Assembly (NCBI GenBank): GCA_964016885.1
Contig: OZ024740.1
Coordinates: 140,492,001 to 140,556,000, forward strand
Direction of reading: 5' to 3'
From: Eledone cirrhosa
Taxonomy: Eukaryota
Length of the DNA: 64,000 nucleotides
In this document: positions 1-13,359 of the stretch, piece after piece
How the letters are laid out: the number at the start of each line of letters is the position of its first letter
Position numbering within the stretch: position 1 is the first letter of the stretch
Program-made: the position numbers and the translations under genes
The notes under the pieces: generated by a model
Databases searched by the model: none
What the model was told of the DNA's origin: nothing
What the model saw: the letters and a program-made list of their open reading frames with translations, nothing else

Positions 1-178
1 AATGATTTATTTTCCAAGGTAAAAGCGGGCAGTGACTTCCAGGTTTCGGGCAGTCTGAAGATGCAACACAGTCTGACTTTCCTAGTAGCTGCCAGCTTTT
101 TTTTTACTGCCCCCCCCCCCCCCCCCCCCCCAAAAAAAAACAACAAAAAAAAAAGCAGAATATGTACGTATGGGCATA

Positions 179-220
<42 letters not shown>

Positions 221-240
221 GGTCAAATACAGTTTTTTGT

Positions 241-565
241 GAAGGTACGTGGTTTAATAGTTAGAGCGTCGGATTCGCAAACATGAAGTTGTGTTCGATT
301 CCCGAACCAGGCGGTGCGTTCTTGAGCAAGACACTTTATTTTACGTTGCTTCAGTTCACTCAGCTGCAGAAATGAGTTGCCAGGGCACTGGTGCCAAGCT
401 GTATTGGGCTTTGACAATATCGGTGGCGTGGAGAGGGGAGACTGGTATGCATTGGCGATTGCTGGTCTTCCACAAAAACACCTTGCCCGCACTTGTGCCT
501 CGGAAGGGAAACTTTCAAGGTGCATATCCCATGGTCATTCGTAACCGAAGCGGGTCTTTACCCTC
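241..565 (+). mobile_element. tRNA-derived SINE, family with TTTACCC-type tail
   Basis: A box (tggtttaatagttag), B box (gttcgattccc), core cttgagcaagacact; collinear with the copy at 58707-59046; ends tctttaccctcttt. Confidence 0.8.
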
Positions 566-1010
566 TTTATGTATATATACTTCGTTTTTTTTTTTACATA
601 TAGATTTATATGTGTATATATGTCTGTGTGTGTATCTGTGTGCATTTACACACACATACAAAATTTGTTTTTTATGTTTTTGTAGCGTCAGTTCCGTTTC
701 TGAATGTGTTCACATGACAGTTTTATTTACATAACAAGCGGTAAATAACAACTACATTATGTGTGTGTGTGATGATGGCAATTATGATGTATGTGCAGAA
801 ATGTAACGTCATGACATCACATGAGCACGTGCCCTTGTGTGTATATTTGTCAGGTCTCTTTTATTTCGACAAAAAAACCACAGCAAATCTATAAACATTT
901 TATGGGGATGTTTCGCTTTAGGTATATAAAATGACACAATAAAATGAAAGTGATTTAAAGTAAAAGGAAAAACCTGCAAATACAATTAAACTATTCATAT
1001 ATACTTCAAA

Positions 1011-1190
1011 CGGAGGGTGTTGTAGTCTAGTGGTTAGGGTATTGAACTCACAATCATAAGGTCGTGGCTTCAATTCCTGTATCGGGCAGATTGTTGTGTC
1101 CTTTAACAAGACGCTTCATTTCACGTTGCTCTAGTTTATTCAGCGGAAAAAGAAAATGAGTACTAGTATCAGCTTGGGGTTAACCTTATA
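1011..1190 (+). mobile_element. tRNA-derived SINE (partial)
   Basis: tagtggttagggt...ttcaattcctg...gtgtcctttaacaagacgct. Related decayed copies near 1420-1570, 2540-2770, 16932-17180, 19007-19160, 24590-24720 (-), 27195-27360. Confidence 0.7.
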
Positions 1191-3432
1191 CATATTAATT
1201 CACACACACACACATAGTTTTCTATAAATGAATATTGATGAAGCAGATGATGACCATGCACAAGTTTCTCACAACCACTAGCTGTACTTTGATTTTGTTG
1301 TTGTTTGCTGAAGGTGTAATGAGCTTCTAGTGGTGCTACTCCTTTTTTCAAGATGGTGTCTGGTTATTGAAAGATTGTATATATTATATGTACTTGTGTG
1401 TATGTATTACCATACAGTAGTGGTTGGGGTGCTGTGCTCATGATTGTAAGGTCATGAGTTCAGTACCAGGATTGTGCTACATGCATCATTGAGTAAGAAG
1501 CTGTATCTGATGGTTCTCCAGTCCACTTAGGTAGAAAAAAATGACTGCAATCATCCTGGTGCACTGTCTTCAAGTGATTTAACCAATTATCGACTTCACT
1601 ACTTTTTTTCAAATCTGGTACTTATTTTTCGAACTGTTTGTCAAATCACTAAGTTATGGGAGATAAACAAATAGTAAGAGTAGATACACACGCATACATA
1701 CATACATACATGATGGACTTCTGCACAGTTTCTGTCCACTGAATTTCACTCATTAGGATTGAATCTGATTGCGTCGTTAGAGTACCAGAATAATTAATTG
1801 TTTTTAAACTGTTAGTGGAGGTGTGCTGTGTGTATATGGTCCAAAGCTCTTAACTTTCAGTAGGTCAATCTATTTAGTGTTGGTGCTATGATAAGATGCA
1901 TACAGTACCTCTGTAAAGTAGTTGGCAAATGGGCAATAAAATGGCAACCTAGCTAGTGTTGGTGCTACAATAAAATACATCTAGTACACACTGTAAATTA
2001 GTTGGAAAATGAGCAGAGAAGACATGACAACCTCACTAGTGCTGGTGTGACTATAAAGTGTACTTAATATACTGTAGAGTTGGAAATGATTAGAATTAGC
2101 TTAGAGATGTGGACTGTGATATTAGGAATCCTGCACTGACTTGGACTGTGTTAACCTATCCAACCCATGCCGGCATAGTAAACAGCTAATAGAATTGTGA
2201 TAATGATGAGTCACGCAAACACACTGGCAAATCTTGCCAATATAAGTGACACTAGAATTGCAGAACAGACTCAGATCGTGACAACCAATCCATCCAGCTC
2301 ATACTAGTGTAGATAGATGTAAAATGATGATACATGCAAAAGCACTGGCAAATCTTACAGATATAAGTGACACTAGCAGTGCAGAGCTGATTTAGATTGT
2401 GACAACCAGTCCAATTCTCCAAAGAGAGGAATTGGCAGAGTCGTTAGAACATTGGATTAAATGCTTTGGTATTTGTTTTGGATCACTGTGCTATGATTTC
2501 AAATTCTACTGAGGTCAACTTTGCTTTTCACTCATTGTGAAGACACATAGCCTAGTGGTTGGGGTGTTGGACTCACAATCATAAAGTTGTGAGTTTGATT
2601 CCTGGACTGAGTGGCATGTTTATTCTTGAGCAAAACGATGCTTTTGACAAGAGACCCTATTAACAAAACACCCAAGAAACGTATGAGGTCAGCTAAATCT
2701 GCATAGATATGAACTGTAAAACCAACCAGTTCAACCCATACCAGTATAGAAAGGAAATGTAAAATGCTGATGATGATACAGGCATAGGCGTTAGCAAAGC
2801 AGCGCCAGTGTAAGTGATCTTTCATAGAGACCTTTGCTTTAGTCTGTCGTATTATTGCCATGAGACCAATGTCAATTCTATGGCATGTCATCCCATACGG
2901 TAATATTCATCTGTTTCCTGAAATAAACAAACAATTATGTGTGTGTGTGTGTTTATGCATACACACAGTCACACATGTATACTAATTTTAGAATGTAGAA
3001 TAACTCAATTTGTTCCTGCTAGAATATGTGTGTGTATGTGTAAACTTTAAAACCACTGACTGGCTTTGTGTGTGTAATTCTTCTGAGAATTGAATTGATT
3101 CTGCGATAAGAGATTACAGTTTGATTTAGTAGAAGTGTTGGTAGTGGTAGTAGTAATATTATTAGCTGTGGTGGTGGTGGTAGTAGTGATATTAGCAGTA
3201 GTGATGTCAGTGATAGTAATAGTATTAACAGTAGTAGTGGTAATTAAGTTGTGGCAGTGCGGGTAGTAGTAGTATCAGTTGGTTTCTTCCAAACATCTTT
3301 GGTTCAGAAAATTTAGTTTCACAGCCTCTCCCCCTTTCATCAACCTCACCCCTCCCTGGTGACCTTTCTTCTCTTCTGTAAAAGAATAAGAAATAAAAAT
3401 AACATAAAAAAAAAACTCTTGTCAAATGGAAT

Positions 3433-5625
3433 CTGTAACTTAATAGGGTGGGAAATATACTATTTATGAAAAAGTAGGGTGAGAGAAATGCTTTGCTTAA
3501 GTAAGGAAATTTTTTTTTTAAGTATAGGAAATGGTTTTAGATAGGATCCTTTGCTGAGTGTGTTTTCTTAGTGGCATTGTTGTTGTAGCAGGAGGTGATG
3601 TGGTGCTATATTGCTGTTTGGTAAGTTACTTTGTGTGAGCCAATTGCATGATTTCAGAATTCAGAACTGCTTCATTATAACTTTTAATTACATCATCATT
3701 TTATGTCTATTTTCCATGCTGACTTGGCTTGGATGGTTGTCATGGTCTGATCTAGGCAGGTCGCTGTGGTGGGGTATGATGGAGGACCAAGTCTTGCTCA
3801 TACATTCCTGTTTTGGCATGATTTTTACAGTTGGATGCGCTTCATAATGCCAATTGCTTCACACAATGTAACTTAATAGGGTGGAGAATAAACTATTTAT
3901 GAAAAATAGGGTGAGAAAAATACTTTAAGTGGTATGAAAAAATTATACAAATAAATATAAGTTGACTTATGTAGCATTAAAAACAATTTGAAATATATTT
4001 GCCACAACGCAGATAAAAATAATAGTAGATAACTGTAATAAATTGGGTAAAGTATTCCTGGAGACGGAAAAAAAAGTGGAAAGAAATGTCTGCAGAGCAT
4101 CAAACCATGCATCTCTTGTATGTCAGACAAGCATGTTTAACCATTATGCCAAAGGATCCTTGGCTGCCAATTACCATCTTTTTTAGTGTGTAGCGAGAAG
4201 TGTAAACAAATGCTTTGTAAATGAACCTAGCTACATGCTTAAATCTCCTAAAAAAGATGGTAATTGGTGGTTAATGATCCTTTTACATAATGGTTAAGTG
4301 CAGTGGCCCTGCATTTGAGAGATGCATGGTTTGATTCTCCACAGGCATCTCTTTCCACTTTTTTCCATTGACTTTACCCAGTTTAGTTTAACTATTTAAT
4401 TATAGTTATTAGCTATTAATTATTATAGTTATCTGTATTGTGATGAATATATTTTCAAATTACAAGAGCTGCATAAAGAAGTGCTGAGTGTTTAAAGTGG
4501 ATAGAACCTATGGAAGAGTGAGGGATGACCAAAAAATTGAGCCTCATGAAAGAGATGACACAGGACTAAGTAGACTGGCGATATGCCATAATACAAAGAC
4601 CTGTCCACCAGTACAAGCACAGCAACACTAAAAGTAAATGTAGTGAGAAATTGAAGGCTACAGAGTTTGGCAGTATAGAGTTTGAGATTCTGGCCTAGCA
4701 TGTGACAACTTCTCTAGTCCTGGTGCCATAATAAAACACACCCAGTCCACCTTGTAAAGTGGTAGTATTTGTGACATGATAAAATGTGCCTCATGCATTT
4801 GTAAGGTGATTGGTGTTAGGAAAGTCATCCAGCCATAAAAACCATGCCAAGAATGGTGCATATAAGCAAAACATGGTCACCTGACCAGTCTACCATCAGA
4901 ATGTTATAACCTATCCAATTTATGCCAGTATGGAATGCCGATGTAAAAATGATAGTATATTTATTTTCAAATTACCCTTTCTAGCAAGGAAAGTGACTGT
5001 TAAATAACAATGATGATGATGATATGAAATGGTTGTTGAACTAAATGTTGGATAGGGCCCTTTCCTGTGTATGTTGTAGCAGGAAGTAGTATTTTCCTAT
5101 ATTACTGTTTAGTAGATTACTTTGTGTGAAAAATGTTCATTCTATGATTCAAAAATTCAGAACTGCTTCATAATGTATATTACATCATCATCATCATTTT
5201 ACATCCATTTTCCATGCTGGCATGGCTTGGATGGGCTGTTACATTCATTGACTAGACAGGTCAGAGGGCCCACGTTTTGCTGCTATGTTCCATTTTTTTT
5301 GCGTGATTTCTGTTGCTGGCTACCTTTTCCTAATGCCAATCACTTTACACAGTGTAACTTAATAAGGTGGGCAATGTACTATTTATAGAAACTAGGGTGA
5401 AAGAAATATTTTACTTAAATGGGGGAAATGATTCAAAAATAAATATAGGAAATAATTGTTGAATTAAATGTTGGACAGGGTCTTCCTTTGCTGCTGTGGT
5501 AGTGGTGTTGTAGCAGGAGTTGCAGTGTTATACTGCTGTTTTTTTTAAAGTTACTTCATGTGCCGATTTCATTATTCCAGAATTAATTTGGAACTACTTT
5601 ATAATATATAACTATTACATCATTT
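3433..5625. repeat. Local tandem triplication of a ~330-430 bp unit, interrupted by a foldback
   Basis: tgtaacttaata(g/a)ggtgg recurs at ~3434, ~3867, ~5353; ttgtagcagga..ttactt recurs at ~3580, ~5075, ~5508. Each unit ends in a CAT-tailed RTE 3' remnant. Confidence 0.75.
3985..4461. mobile_element. Foldback/MITE-like element with ~175-bp imperfect arms, each containing a tRNA-like sequence
   Basis: aatttgaaatatatt...aaaccatgcatctc...aaccattatg..aaaggatc is the reverse complement of gatcctttt.cataatggtt...gagatgcatggtttg...atattttcaaatt. Confidence 0.75.
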
Positions 5626-5652
5626 ATGCTCTTTTTCCAGAGGGCGAGGGCA

Positions 5653-5708
<56 letters not shown>

Positions 5709-6049
5709 ATAGGAATGGATGTTGCAACTAACTTCCAGTTTCCTTTTCCCTCTCAAAGTGCAAAGTTGTGTTACTCAGAAATAATAACAGTAATCATCAT
5801 CATCATCATCGTCATCATTTAACATCTGTTTTCCCTGCTAACAAGTCAGTGCTTAATTGGAGCTACTGATCTCTGATGCTCCAGGTGCTGTATCCTGCTT
5901 ACATATCCACATTTTACAGAGTGCAGTGGATGCCTTTTGTTGTGGCACCAACATTAGGGAGGTTTTCATATCCTTGACATAACTGAACAGTCCTCTTGGT
6001 CCATTTATTGGCAAGTTTTCTGCAGCTGATAATATTAATAATTATCATA

Positions 6050-6230
6050 ATAACCCAAATGTGTACATTGAAAACAATCTTTATAATAATAGGCATTTTG
6101 GAATGATAAAAAAAAACCCAGACAGATACATAACCAAAACTCAAGGACTTACAAATATATGCAACATTCAGAAAATACTACTACTAGGCATTGCATACAC
6201 ATCACAAAGATTTTCAATACAATAGAAACA
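6050..6230 (+). mobile_element. 3' remnant of an RLE-type non-LTR element (R4/Dong/NeSL-like)
   Basis: Decayed translation GMIKKNPDRYITKTQGLTNICNIQKILLLGIA resembles the G.I.K...LQK..LLGTA C-terminus of RLE LINEs. Confidence 0.5.
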
Positions 6231-6930
6231 TCAAAAACAACACTGCAGTGACACAATGAAAATAAAACTAAGGCTATGGATAATCATAATTTATGCACAT
6301 GACCATCAGTTACATCAATCTCAGTGTTGTAGCAAAACTTTATTTTATTGACCCCCAAATAATAATAATAATTTTAATAATGAAATCTAGACTAAACAAA
6401 ACTTAAATCAGAAATAATACAATTAATGATGCTTTTAAACAAGGATTTGTTTTGTGTACAACAACAAGCATTTTAAGGTCATTTTCTATTTTATTTTCTG
6501 CCAAATCATTACAGAATGTTAAGAGTTAATTGTCACTATTGGGCTTTAATGTGGTAAATTTACTTGTTGTTATTGTTTTATTTACTGGAATTGGAAGACA
6601 TTGCCAGTAAAAGATGTTAACCATCTTAACTAACCAAACTCTAATTGGATACTGCAATTAATGTAATTGAGTTTGCTTGGTGGTGCAATGCTTTGCATCA
6701 TTAGGATCAATGATTTTAAACTTATAATCATTGGTTTATCATCTTTGAGACATTGTCTTAAGTGGTTGAAGGAAAGAAGAAAAAAATAAATGTATATATT
6801 TTGTTTTATCATTAGACTGCAAATTTTGAAGGTTTTACAACTTCTTTACAAGGCCAAAGATGTGTTTTTTTTTGTGTGTGTGTGTGTAGTTTAGTTAATA
6901 TGAAGCATTGTGAGATGTGTAATAAATGAC

Positions 6931-7181
6931 TGATAATTTTTTCAGAAAGCTGGTACAATGCAGTAGAAATATATAAAGGGTAAAGGATGGCATATAAAAC
7001 AAAACAATGCAAAACAAAAATGAACAATATTTTTGTTTTGCATTTGAAAAGAGGATATTAATCCTGAAATATGTTGAAATATACTGGGTGAGAAAAACAT
7101 TACTTTGTTTTGTTTTATTTATCATCCTTTGCATTTTATATATTTCTACTGCATTGTACTGGCTTTCTGTAAGACTTATCA
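6931..7181. repeat. Foldback with ~80-bp arms
   Basis: cagaaagctggtacaatgcagtagaaatatataaa..aaaggatg..ataaaacaaaacaa pairs with ttgttttgttttat..catccttt..tttatatatttctactgcattgtactggctttctg. Confidence 0.8.
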
Positions 7182-7214
7182 ATGAGTTATATATATATAT
7201 AATTAAAAAAATAC

Positions 7215-7570
7215 ATGCACAGAGATACAAAACAATTAATGTTATTAGGTTCATGCTTAGATGAAAGAATGAAAAAAGGAGTTCAATGTATCAAACTTTA
7301 GTCCTTCGTCAGGAAGAGTACAGTGAAAAGAGAAAAAAATTAGAAAAGGGGGACATGTGTGTTTGTGTTATAAATTGTTTGTGTGTATCACCGCATATAG
7401 AGGTGGGTAGGTCCACATGAGTGGGGGCCAAGTGGTCTCTGACGTGCAGAACACTAGGCACATGCCGCCTGTTAGTCCCAGCAGACAGAATAGAGTAAGC
7501 TTTACCCTGGAGGATAGCAAGGGAAACATGTTGAAATAGCCATTCCAACTTGCTGAATTTGCTCCTGCAT
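7215..7570 (-). mobile_element. Probable Penelope-like remnant with a degenerate hammerhead core
   Basis: Minus strand 7283-7313 reads CTGACGA-aggactaaagttt-GATAC; layout parallels 25420-25720. Confidence 0.4.
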
Positions 7571-8049
7571 GTGGCCAACTCCACCCTGCTCTATGTATGT
7601 TGCTCTTATCGATTTGGGTTGAAATACATACTTCAGTACATGGCAGTCCTTTCATGTCCAAGAACACCTTTTATTTACCTGTTTGATATCAAACTGACAG
7701 AAACAGCCCCTGCTTCTAATATAAAACTGTTTGTTTTGAATCATATATATTTATCTCAAAACCCTTACATTATAATTTTATTTAAGTACCTTTGTTTCAA
7801 ACAACAGAGAAATAATGAGACCATAAGTTATAAAAATGTGTGTATATGCATGTTTGGATAGGTCTGTAAATATACATGTTTGTTTATGAGTGAGTACATA
7901 TATGGATGTTGCTAATGTGAATGAGTGTATATATATTTCCATGCACAAACATTATATATGGATTATGTGTATGTGTGTATATTTGTGCTTATGTGAATGT
8001 ATGTGTGCATGTATGTATATATGTGTGTGTGTATATATGTATATATATA

Positions 8050-8630
8050 CATGTATCCCAGTACAACCTGTCACATGGTCGGGTCGTTGGCGACTAAACT
8101 GGCAACCCCACCAAGGTTTCTTGGTGAGGAGGGTGACTTTGGACATCCTGCAGGACTAAAACCAAAACCTGTCAAAGGGTAAAGGAGCTCTTAAGAGTCA
8201 ATGGCCATCCAAAATCACCGGGAGAGATAACCCCTTAGCCTTTGTCAAGGCAGAATTCTAGGAGAAGGAAAACTCTGATATAACACCTGCAACTCTGATG
8301 GTATCCAATGATGTTGACTTGTTCTTCTTTTTGGTAAATATCATCTTGGTTAAGAGAGTGGGACTGGCTTTGTGCATTGCCTTTGCTCACTATAAAAGCT
8401 TCACGGCACAGGCATTGCTTTATATCTGGAGATCTCTCTGCACTTGTCATCACATGGTACCATGGGCCCAGCACTATGTGTCAATAATTGTCACAAGTTT
8501 AGTGTTTGTACCAGAGTTTTCAAGTCACTGGCTGGACTAAAAAGTCACACTCGTTCAGCGCATCGGTAGAGGTTCTCCTACATGGATATAAAGTAGTGGC
8601 CGTACTCGAAAACGAGTTGGCAGCCACCAT
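8050..8630 (+). mobile_element. Non-autonomous bipartite RTE derivative (5'UTR + C-terminal zinc-finger/3' end), copy 1
   Basis: Near-identical to 13967-14377 and 35196-35797; RTE-type 5'UTR motif ctaggagaaggaaaactctga; terminal hairpin gtggc..ctcg aaaa cgag..gccac; embedded in TA repeats. Confidence 0.8.
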
Positions 8631-8632
8631 AT

Positions 8633-11600
8633 ATCATCATCATCACCATCATCATCGTTTAACGTCCATCTTCCACACTAGCATGGGTTTGGACGGGAAT
8701 TTTCCCACTTGAGGCAAGATTGGTTGTCTTACTCGTATAGGACTGTCTGGCAGGTTTTCTATGGCTGGATGCCCTTTCTAACACCAACCACGTTTACAGT
8801 GTGGACTGGGAGGTTTTTACCGTGTTACCTACACGGCCAGATTACAGCGTGGACTGTGTGTTTTTTTGTTGTGACACCTACACGTCTGGCGGGTTTTCTA
8901 CGGCTGGATGCCCTTCCCAACACCAACCACGTTTACAGTGTGGACTGGGAGGTTTTTACGTGTTACCTACACGGCCACATTACAGCGTGGACTGTGTGTT
9001 TTTTTTGTCGTGACATTTAAGGGGGTGGTGTGGATGGGGGTGTATTTTGTTAGAGGTGCCTACTGACTGTAGGTTTCGCTTTGTACTTAGGCAAGGCGGG
9101 TCTTCTGTATGACTATGTAGCGCCAAAGATCTCGGTCCAGTGACATTGTTTTGGAGAGGTGTAAGTGTGTGAGGTCGGAATTTATCAAGTTGTCCTAGGT
9201 TTTTCTGGGTCTGCCTACTCCGTGGCTACTATCTATTTTGATCGCCATGCACTTTTTTATACAACTGTCGTAAAATCTATATTCTTAGTTAGTTTACCTG
9301 TGATCCCACTACATCTTTTATGCACCCATACTTTGCATTTGGGACATAAAATGGAGTTTCTGCCTACTCCTTTCCTACACACTGAGCATGGTCATTTCCC
9401 AGATGGGACCGGTGCTCTATTTTCCTTCCTACAAACTAGAACTTTAGTCTTAGACAAGTTAACTTTAAGGCCTTTTGATTCTAGGCCATGCTTCCATGTT
9501 TGGAATTTCTTCTCTAGTTCAGCCATTGATTCAGCTATGAGCGTTAGATCATCTGCATTTAGGAGTTCCCATGGGCAGCCAGTCTTGAACTCCTCTGTTA
9601 TAGCCTGAAGGGCAATAATAAATAGTAGGGGGCTAAGAACAGAGCCCTGATGAACACCAACTTTTACGCTAAACTCTTCACTATATTCGTTGTTAATTCT
9701 AACCTTGCTGACTGTTTCTTTATACATGGTTTGTATAGCTCTCACAAGCCATTCATCAACACCTAGTTTTCTACGCGCCCACCAGATAATGGAGCAGGAG
9801 ACTCTGTCAAAGGCTTTCTCCAAGTCAACAAAAGCTAAGTATAGGGGTTTACTTTTAGCTAGGTACTTGTCCTGTAGTTGTCGTACAATGAAAAGAGCGT
9901 CTGTGGTACTTTTACCTGACACAAACCTGAACTGCATTTCATCTACATCAATTCGTTCTCTGATTAGTTGCGCTATTACTTTTTCTGTGACCTTCATGAC
10001 CTGGTCGATTAATTTAATGCCTCTATAGTTACCCCTATCTAGGGCATCTCCTTTACCCTTGTAGCAGTTAATGATGATGTTGCTACGCCAGTCCTTCGGA
10101 ACGGCCCCATTCTGTATGACTTGGTTTACTATCCGGGTGACCATAGTGTGTCCCACCGTTCCAGATGCTTTCAGCATTTCAGCAACTATTTCCGAAAGCC
10201 CAGCCGCCTTACCCGTCTTCATATCTTTGATTGCCTTACTTATTATACTACCTTCAACTAGCACTGCTGGTCCCTCTATTGGATCGATGTAGGGGAGACT
10301 GGAGACTGTCTTTCTCCCACTTATTCTCCTCATTTAGTAGCCTTTCGTAGTGACACTTCCAAGCTACCTTCTTATCAGCGTCAGTGATGGCAAGTACACC
10401 ATCATCATTAAGGACACACTTCTCCCCGACAATATCACGGTTTTCCTTGACACATTGCCTAGCAATCCTGAACACCTCACGTTTTTGGTCCTTGTAGAAC
10501 ATGCTGTCCCACCACCACGTTACTCTCCTCCTGCCTATAGGCCTGCTCCAGCCACAGACTTCATCTGCCGCCTTCAGCAGGTTAGCTTTCAGGAATTCCC
10601 ACTGTTTCTCTATATTGTACGACTCTAATTGCTCCTCCTTACTGTCGAAAGCATCAAGTAATATGTTTTTAAATTTATTACTGGCTGTGGGGTCCTTTAG
10701 CTTCCATATTTTTCTCCTGAGGATAGTCCTCCTCTGTTGTCGAGTATGTCTTGTCCTGACTATGAGGTCGCTGACTATGAGTCTATGTTGGGAGGTGCAT
10801 TCTTCATGGGGGAGGGATTTAGTGTTTACAACAGACACTCTATCCCGTCTTCTGGTAAGGATATAATCTATTTGACTGGCGTGTTCCCCTGATCTATAGG
10901 TGATCAAGTGATTGTCTCGTTTTTTGAAGTTAGTGTTACAGATAGTTAGGTTATTTGCGTCACAGAATTCCAGGATTCTGGAGCCTTCCTCATTTCTAGT
11001 ACCAAACCCATAGCCGTCACAATGTTGTCCAACGTGACCATTCAGGGAGGTAGTGAGCATCAATGTCTCATAGAATCTGTCTTTTATAGCGCCAGGCAGT
11101 CCAGATTGGGGTGCATACGCAGATATTACTGTCACAGTAGTTCTATTTAGGACAAGTCTTATTTTAATTATTCTGTCGTTCACTCTATTTACGTCTATTA
11201 TCTTATCTACCCATTTTTCTGCTAACATGATTCCTACCCCACCCAGCTCATTTTCATTTCCCACCCAGAAAAGCTTATAGCATCGTTTTTTACCCACAAT
11301 GAATTTAGCAGACCCACCCCTCCATCTGGCCTCTTGGATACAGCAAACATCAACCTCCTTAGGTTCAAGCATTTCTACAACCTCGTTAAAGCGACCTTTT
11401 AAGGTGCCTACATTCATGGTACCAACTCTGAAGTTTTGGACTGCGTTTGGTGGGTGGGAACGGTGGGGCGCAGGGAGGGATGGGGTTGTGGTTATGTTGG
11501 CCATCCGCGGCCGAAACAAAGAGGAGGAGTCCTTGTCTTTTCGACGGGCAGCATGAGGTGAATTTGTCTTTATCTTTGGCATTGTCACTGAGTGTCCAGA

Positions 11601-12105
11601 TTTTTCAGACTCTCCAGAATTCCATAGTCCATCCATCATATCGGCAAGCAACCAGAAGTGATAGCATAGGCTGCTGACTTATGATTGGTCCTAATAATAA
11701 TGGTGGAGAGTGGGCGCGGGTGGGAGGGGTATGGGGTAGTTAGCGAGAGGGTTTAAATAAGGGGGGGGGGTTAAAGATTAAGAGGGACAAGGAAGCCATT
11801 TTATAAATCCTAGAATTTTTCGGCCAAAATTAAACAAACAAGATTGTTATTTTAGAAAAACAAATGGGGCATTTTACGAGAGGGTTTAAATGAAATCTTT
11901 GAATTTGGGGCATAATTGGACAAGCATATAACAGTAATAATAAGCGAATAATGGGGTTTTAAAAAATACAAGGAGATTATTTAGAACAACCAGACAGAAT
12001 TATAGAATAGCATTGAGAGAGAGCAAAAGATTGGATTCTGGGCGATGATACGGATATATGAATGAATGGACCGATAGGCTGGAGAGATAAGAAAAATGGC
12101 ATTTA
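8633..12105 (-). mobile_element. Near full-length RTE-clade LINE (APE endonuclease + RT), inactivated by deletions and a frameshift
   Basis: ORFs 10254-11651 (GTMNVGTL, CIQE, SQIDYI, SQHRL) and 9392-10333 (YRGIKL, AFVDLEKAFDRV, GVHQGSVLSPLLF, NADD). (ATG)n tail at ~8633-8657; catatatcatcat at both ends (probable TSD); internal deletion at ~9271 relative to the 46088 copy. Confidence 0.95.
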
Positions 12106-12111
12106 CATATA

Positions 12112-12866
12112 TCATCATCATCATCATCATCAACGTTTAACGTCCGTGTTCCACGCTTGCATGGGTTTGGACGGGGGTAGTCCCACTTGAGGCAAGAGTG
12201 ATTGTCTTGCTCGCATAGGACTGTCTGGCAGGTTTTCTACAGTTGGATGCTCTTCCTAACACCAACCACATTTACAGTGTGGGTCTGGGAGGTTTTTACC
12301 GTGTTGCCTACACGGCCACATTACAGCGTGGACTGTGTGTTTTTTTGTCGTGACACCTACACGATCTCATTTGTTTCGGCCTCGATGGCGCGGCACCAAC
12401 ATAACTTTACATAGAACGGGGTGGTGTGGATCGGGTGGGGGTGGTGGTGGTGGGACGGGGTGTATTTTGTTAGAGATGCCTACTGGCTGGAGTAGGTTTT
12501 ACTATATATTTAGGTAAGGCGGGTCTTCTCTGTTACTGAGTACCGCCAAAGGTCTCGGTCCAGTGACATTGTCTTGGAGAGGTGTAAGTGTGTGATGTCG
12601 GAGTTTATCAGCTCGTCCCAGGTTTTTCTAGGTCTGCCTATTCCGTGACTACCGTCTATCTTTATTGCCCTGCACTTTGTTATACAGCTATCGACTTTCA
12701 TGCGCATCACGTGTCCATACCAACGTAGCCTTCTCTCGAGTAAACAACATCTGATCCCTCTTATCTCTAATTTTTTCCTTAGTTCGTTTATGCTTTGCCG
12801 TTCACGTATATTACTGTTACACATCCAGCGGAGCATGCAAGCTTCGTTCCTCTCTAGTCTGCGCAT
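12112..12866 (-). mobile_element. 5'-truncated RTE LINE (3' ORF end + 3'UTR)
   Basis: RRLRWYGHVMRM...GRPRKTW...KTRLT*; flanked by duplicated atggcatttacatatatcat (12096 and 12881). Confidence 0.92.
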
Positions 12867-12894
12867 ATATATATATATATATGGCATTTACATA

Positions 12895-13241
12895 TATCAT
12901 CATCATCATCATCATCATCATTTTACGTCCGCTTTTCCCTGCTTGCAAGGGTGGGATGGGAACTGATTCTGGCTTGATTTCTACAGCTGGATGCCCTTCC
13001 TAACACCAACCTCATTTACAGTGAGTGCTGGGTGCTTTTTTGTCGTGGCATCTGCACGACCTCTTTGCAGTGGAATGATATGGACCCCAGTCCCTATCAT
13101 CTCATTTCTACAGCTGAGTAAACTGGAGCAATGTGAAATAAAGTGTCTTGCTCAAGGAAACAACACATCACCCGGTCTGAGAATTGAACTCACAACCTTT
13201 CGATTGCAAGGCCAATGCTCTAACCACTAAGCCATGTGCCT

Positions 13242-13244
<3 letters not shown>
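12895..13244 (-). mobile_element. tRNA-headed SINE with RTE-derived 3' tail
   Basis: Head ggaggcacatggcttagtggttagagc..gagttcaattctc; tail ccttgcaagcagggaaaagcggacgtaaaa(tga)n; near-identical to 35807-36471. Confidence 0.9.
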
Positions 13245-13323
<79 letters not shown>

Positions 13324-13326
13324 GTA

Positions 13327-13357
<31 letters not shown>

Positions 13358-13359
<2 letters not shown>

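Noticed and set aside
3590-3630. Donor-like tttg|gtaagt
   Set aside because: Lies in a locally triplicated repeat unit, has no coding similarity, and is not retained in the other units.
8298-8540. Recurrent hydrophobic 80-aa ORF (MVSNDVDLFFFLV...) in three copies
   Set aside because: Recurs only because the element copies are young; it is not preserved in the sister family at 33955-34511.
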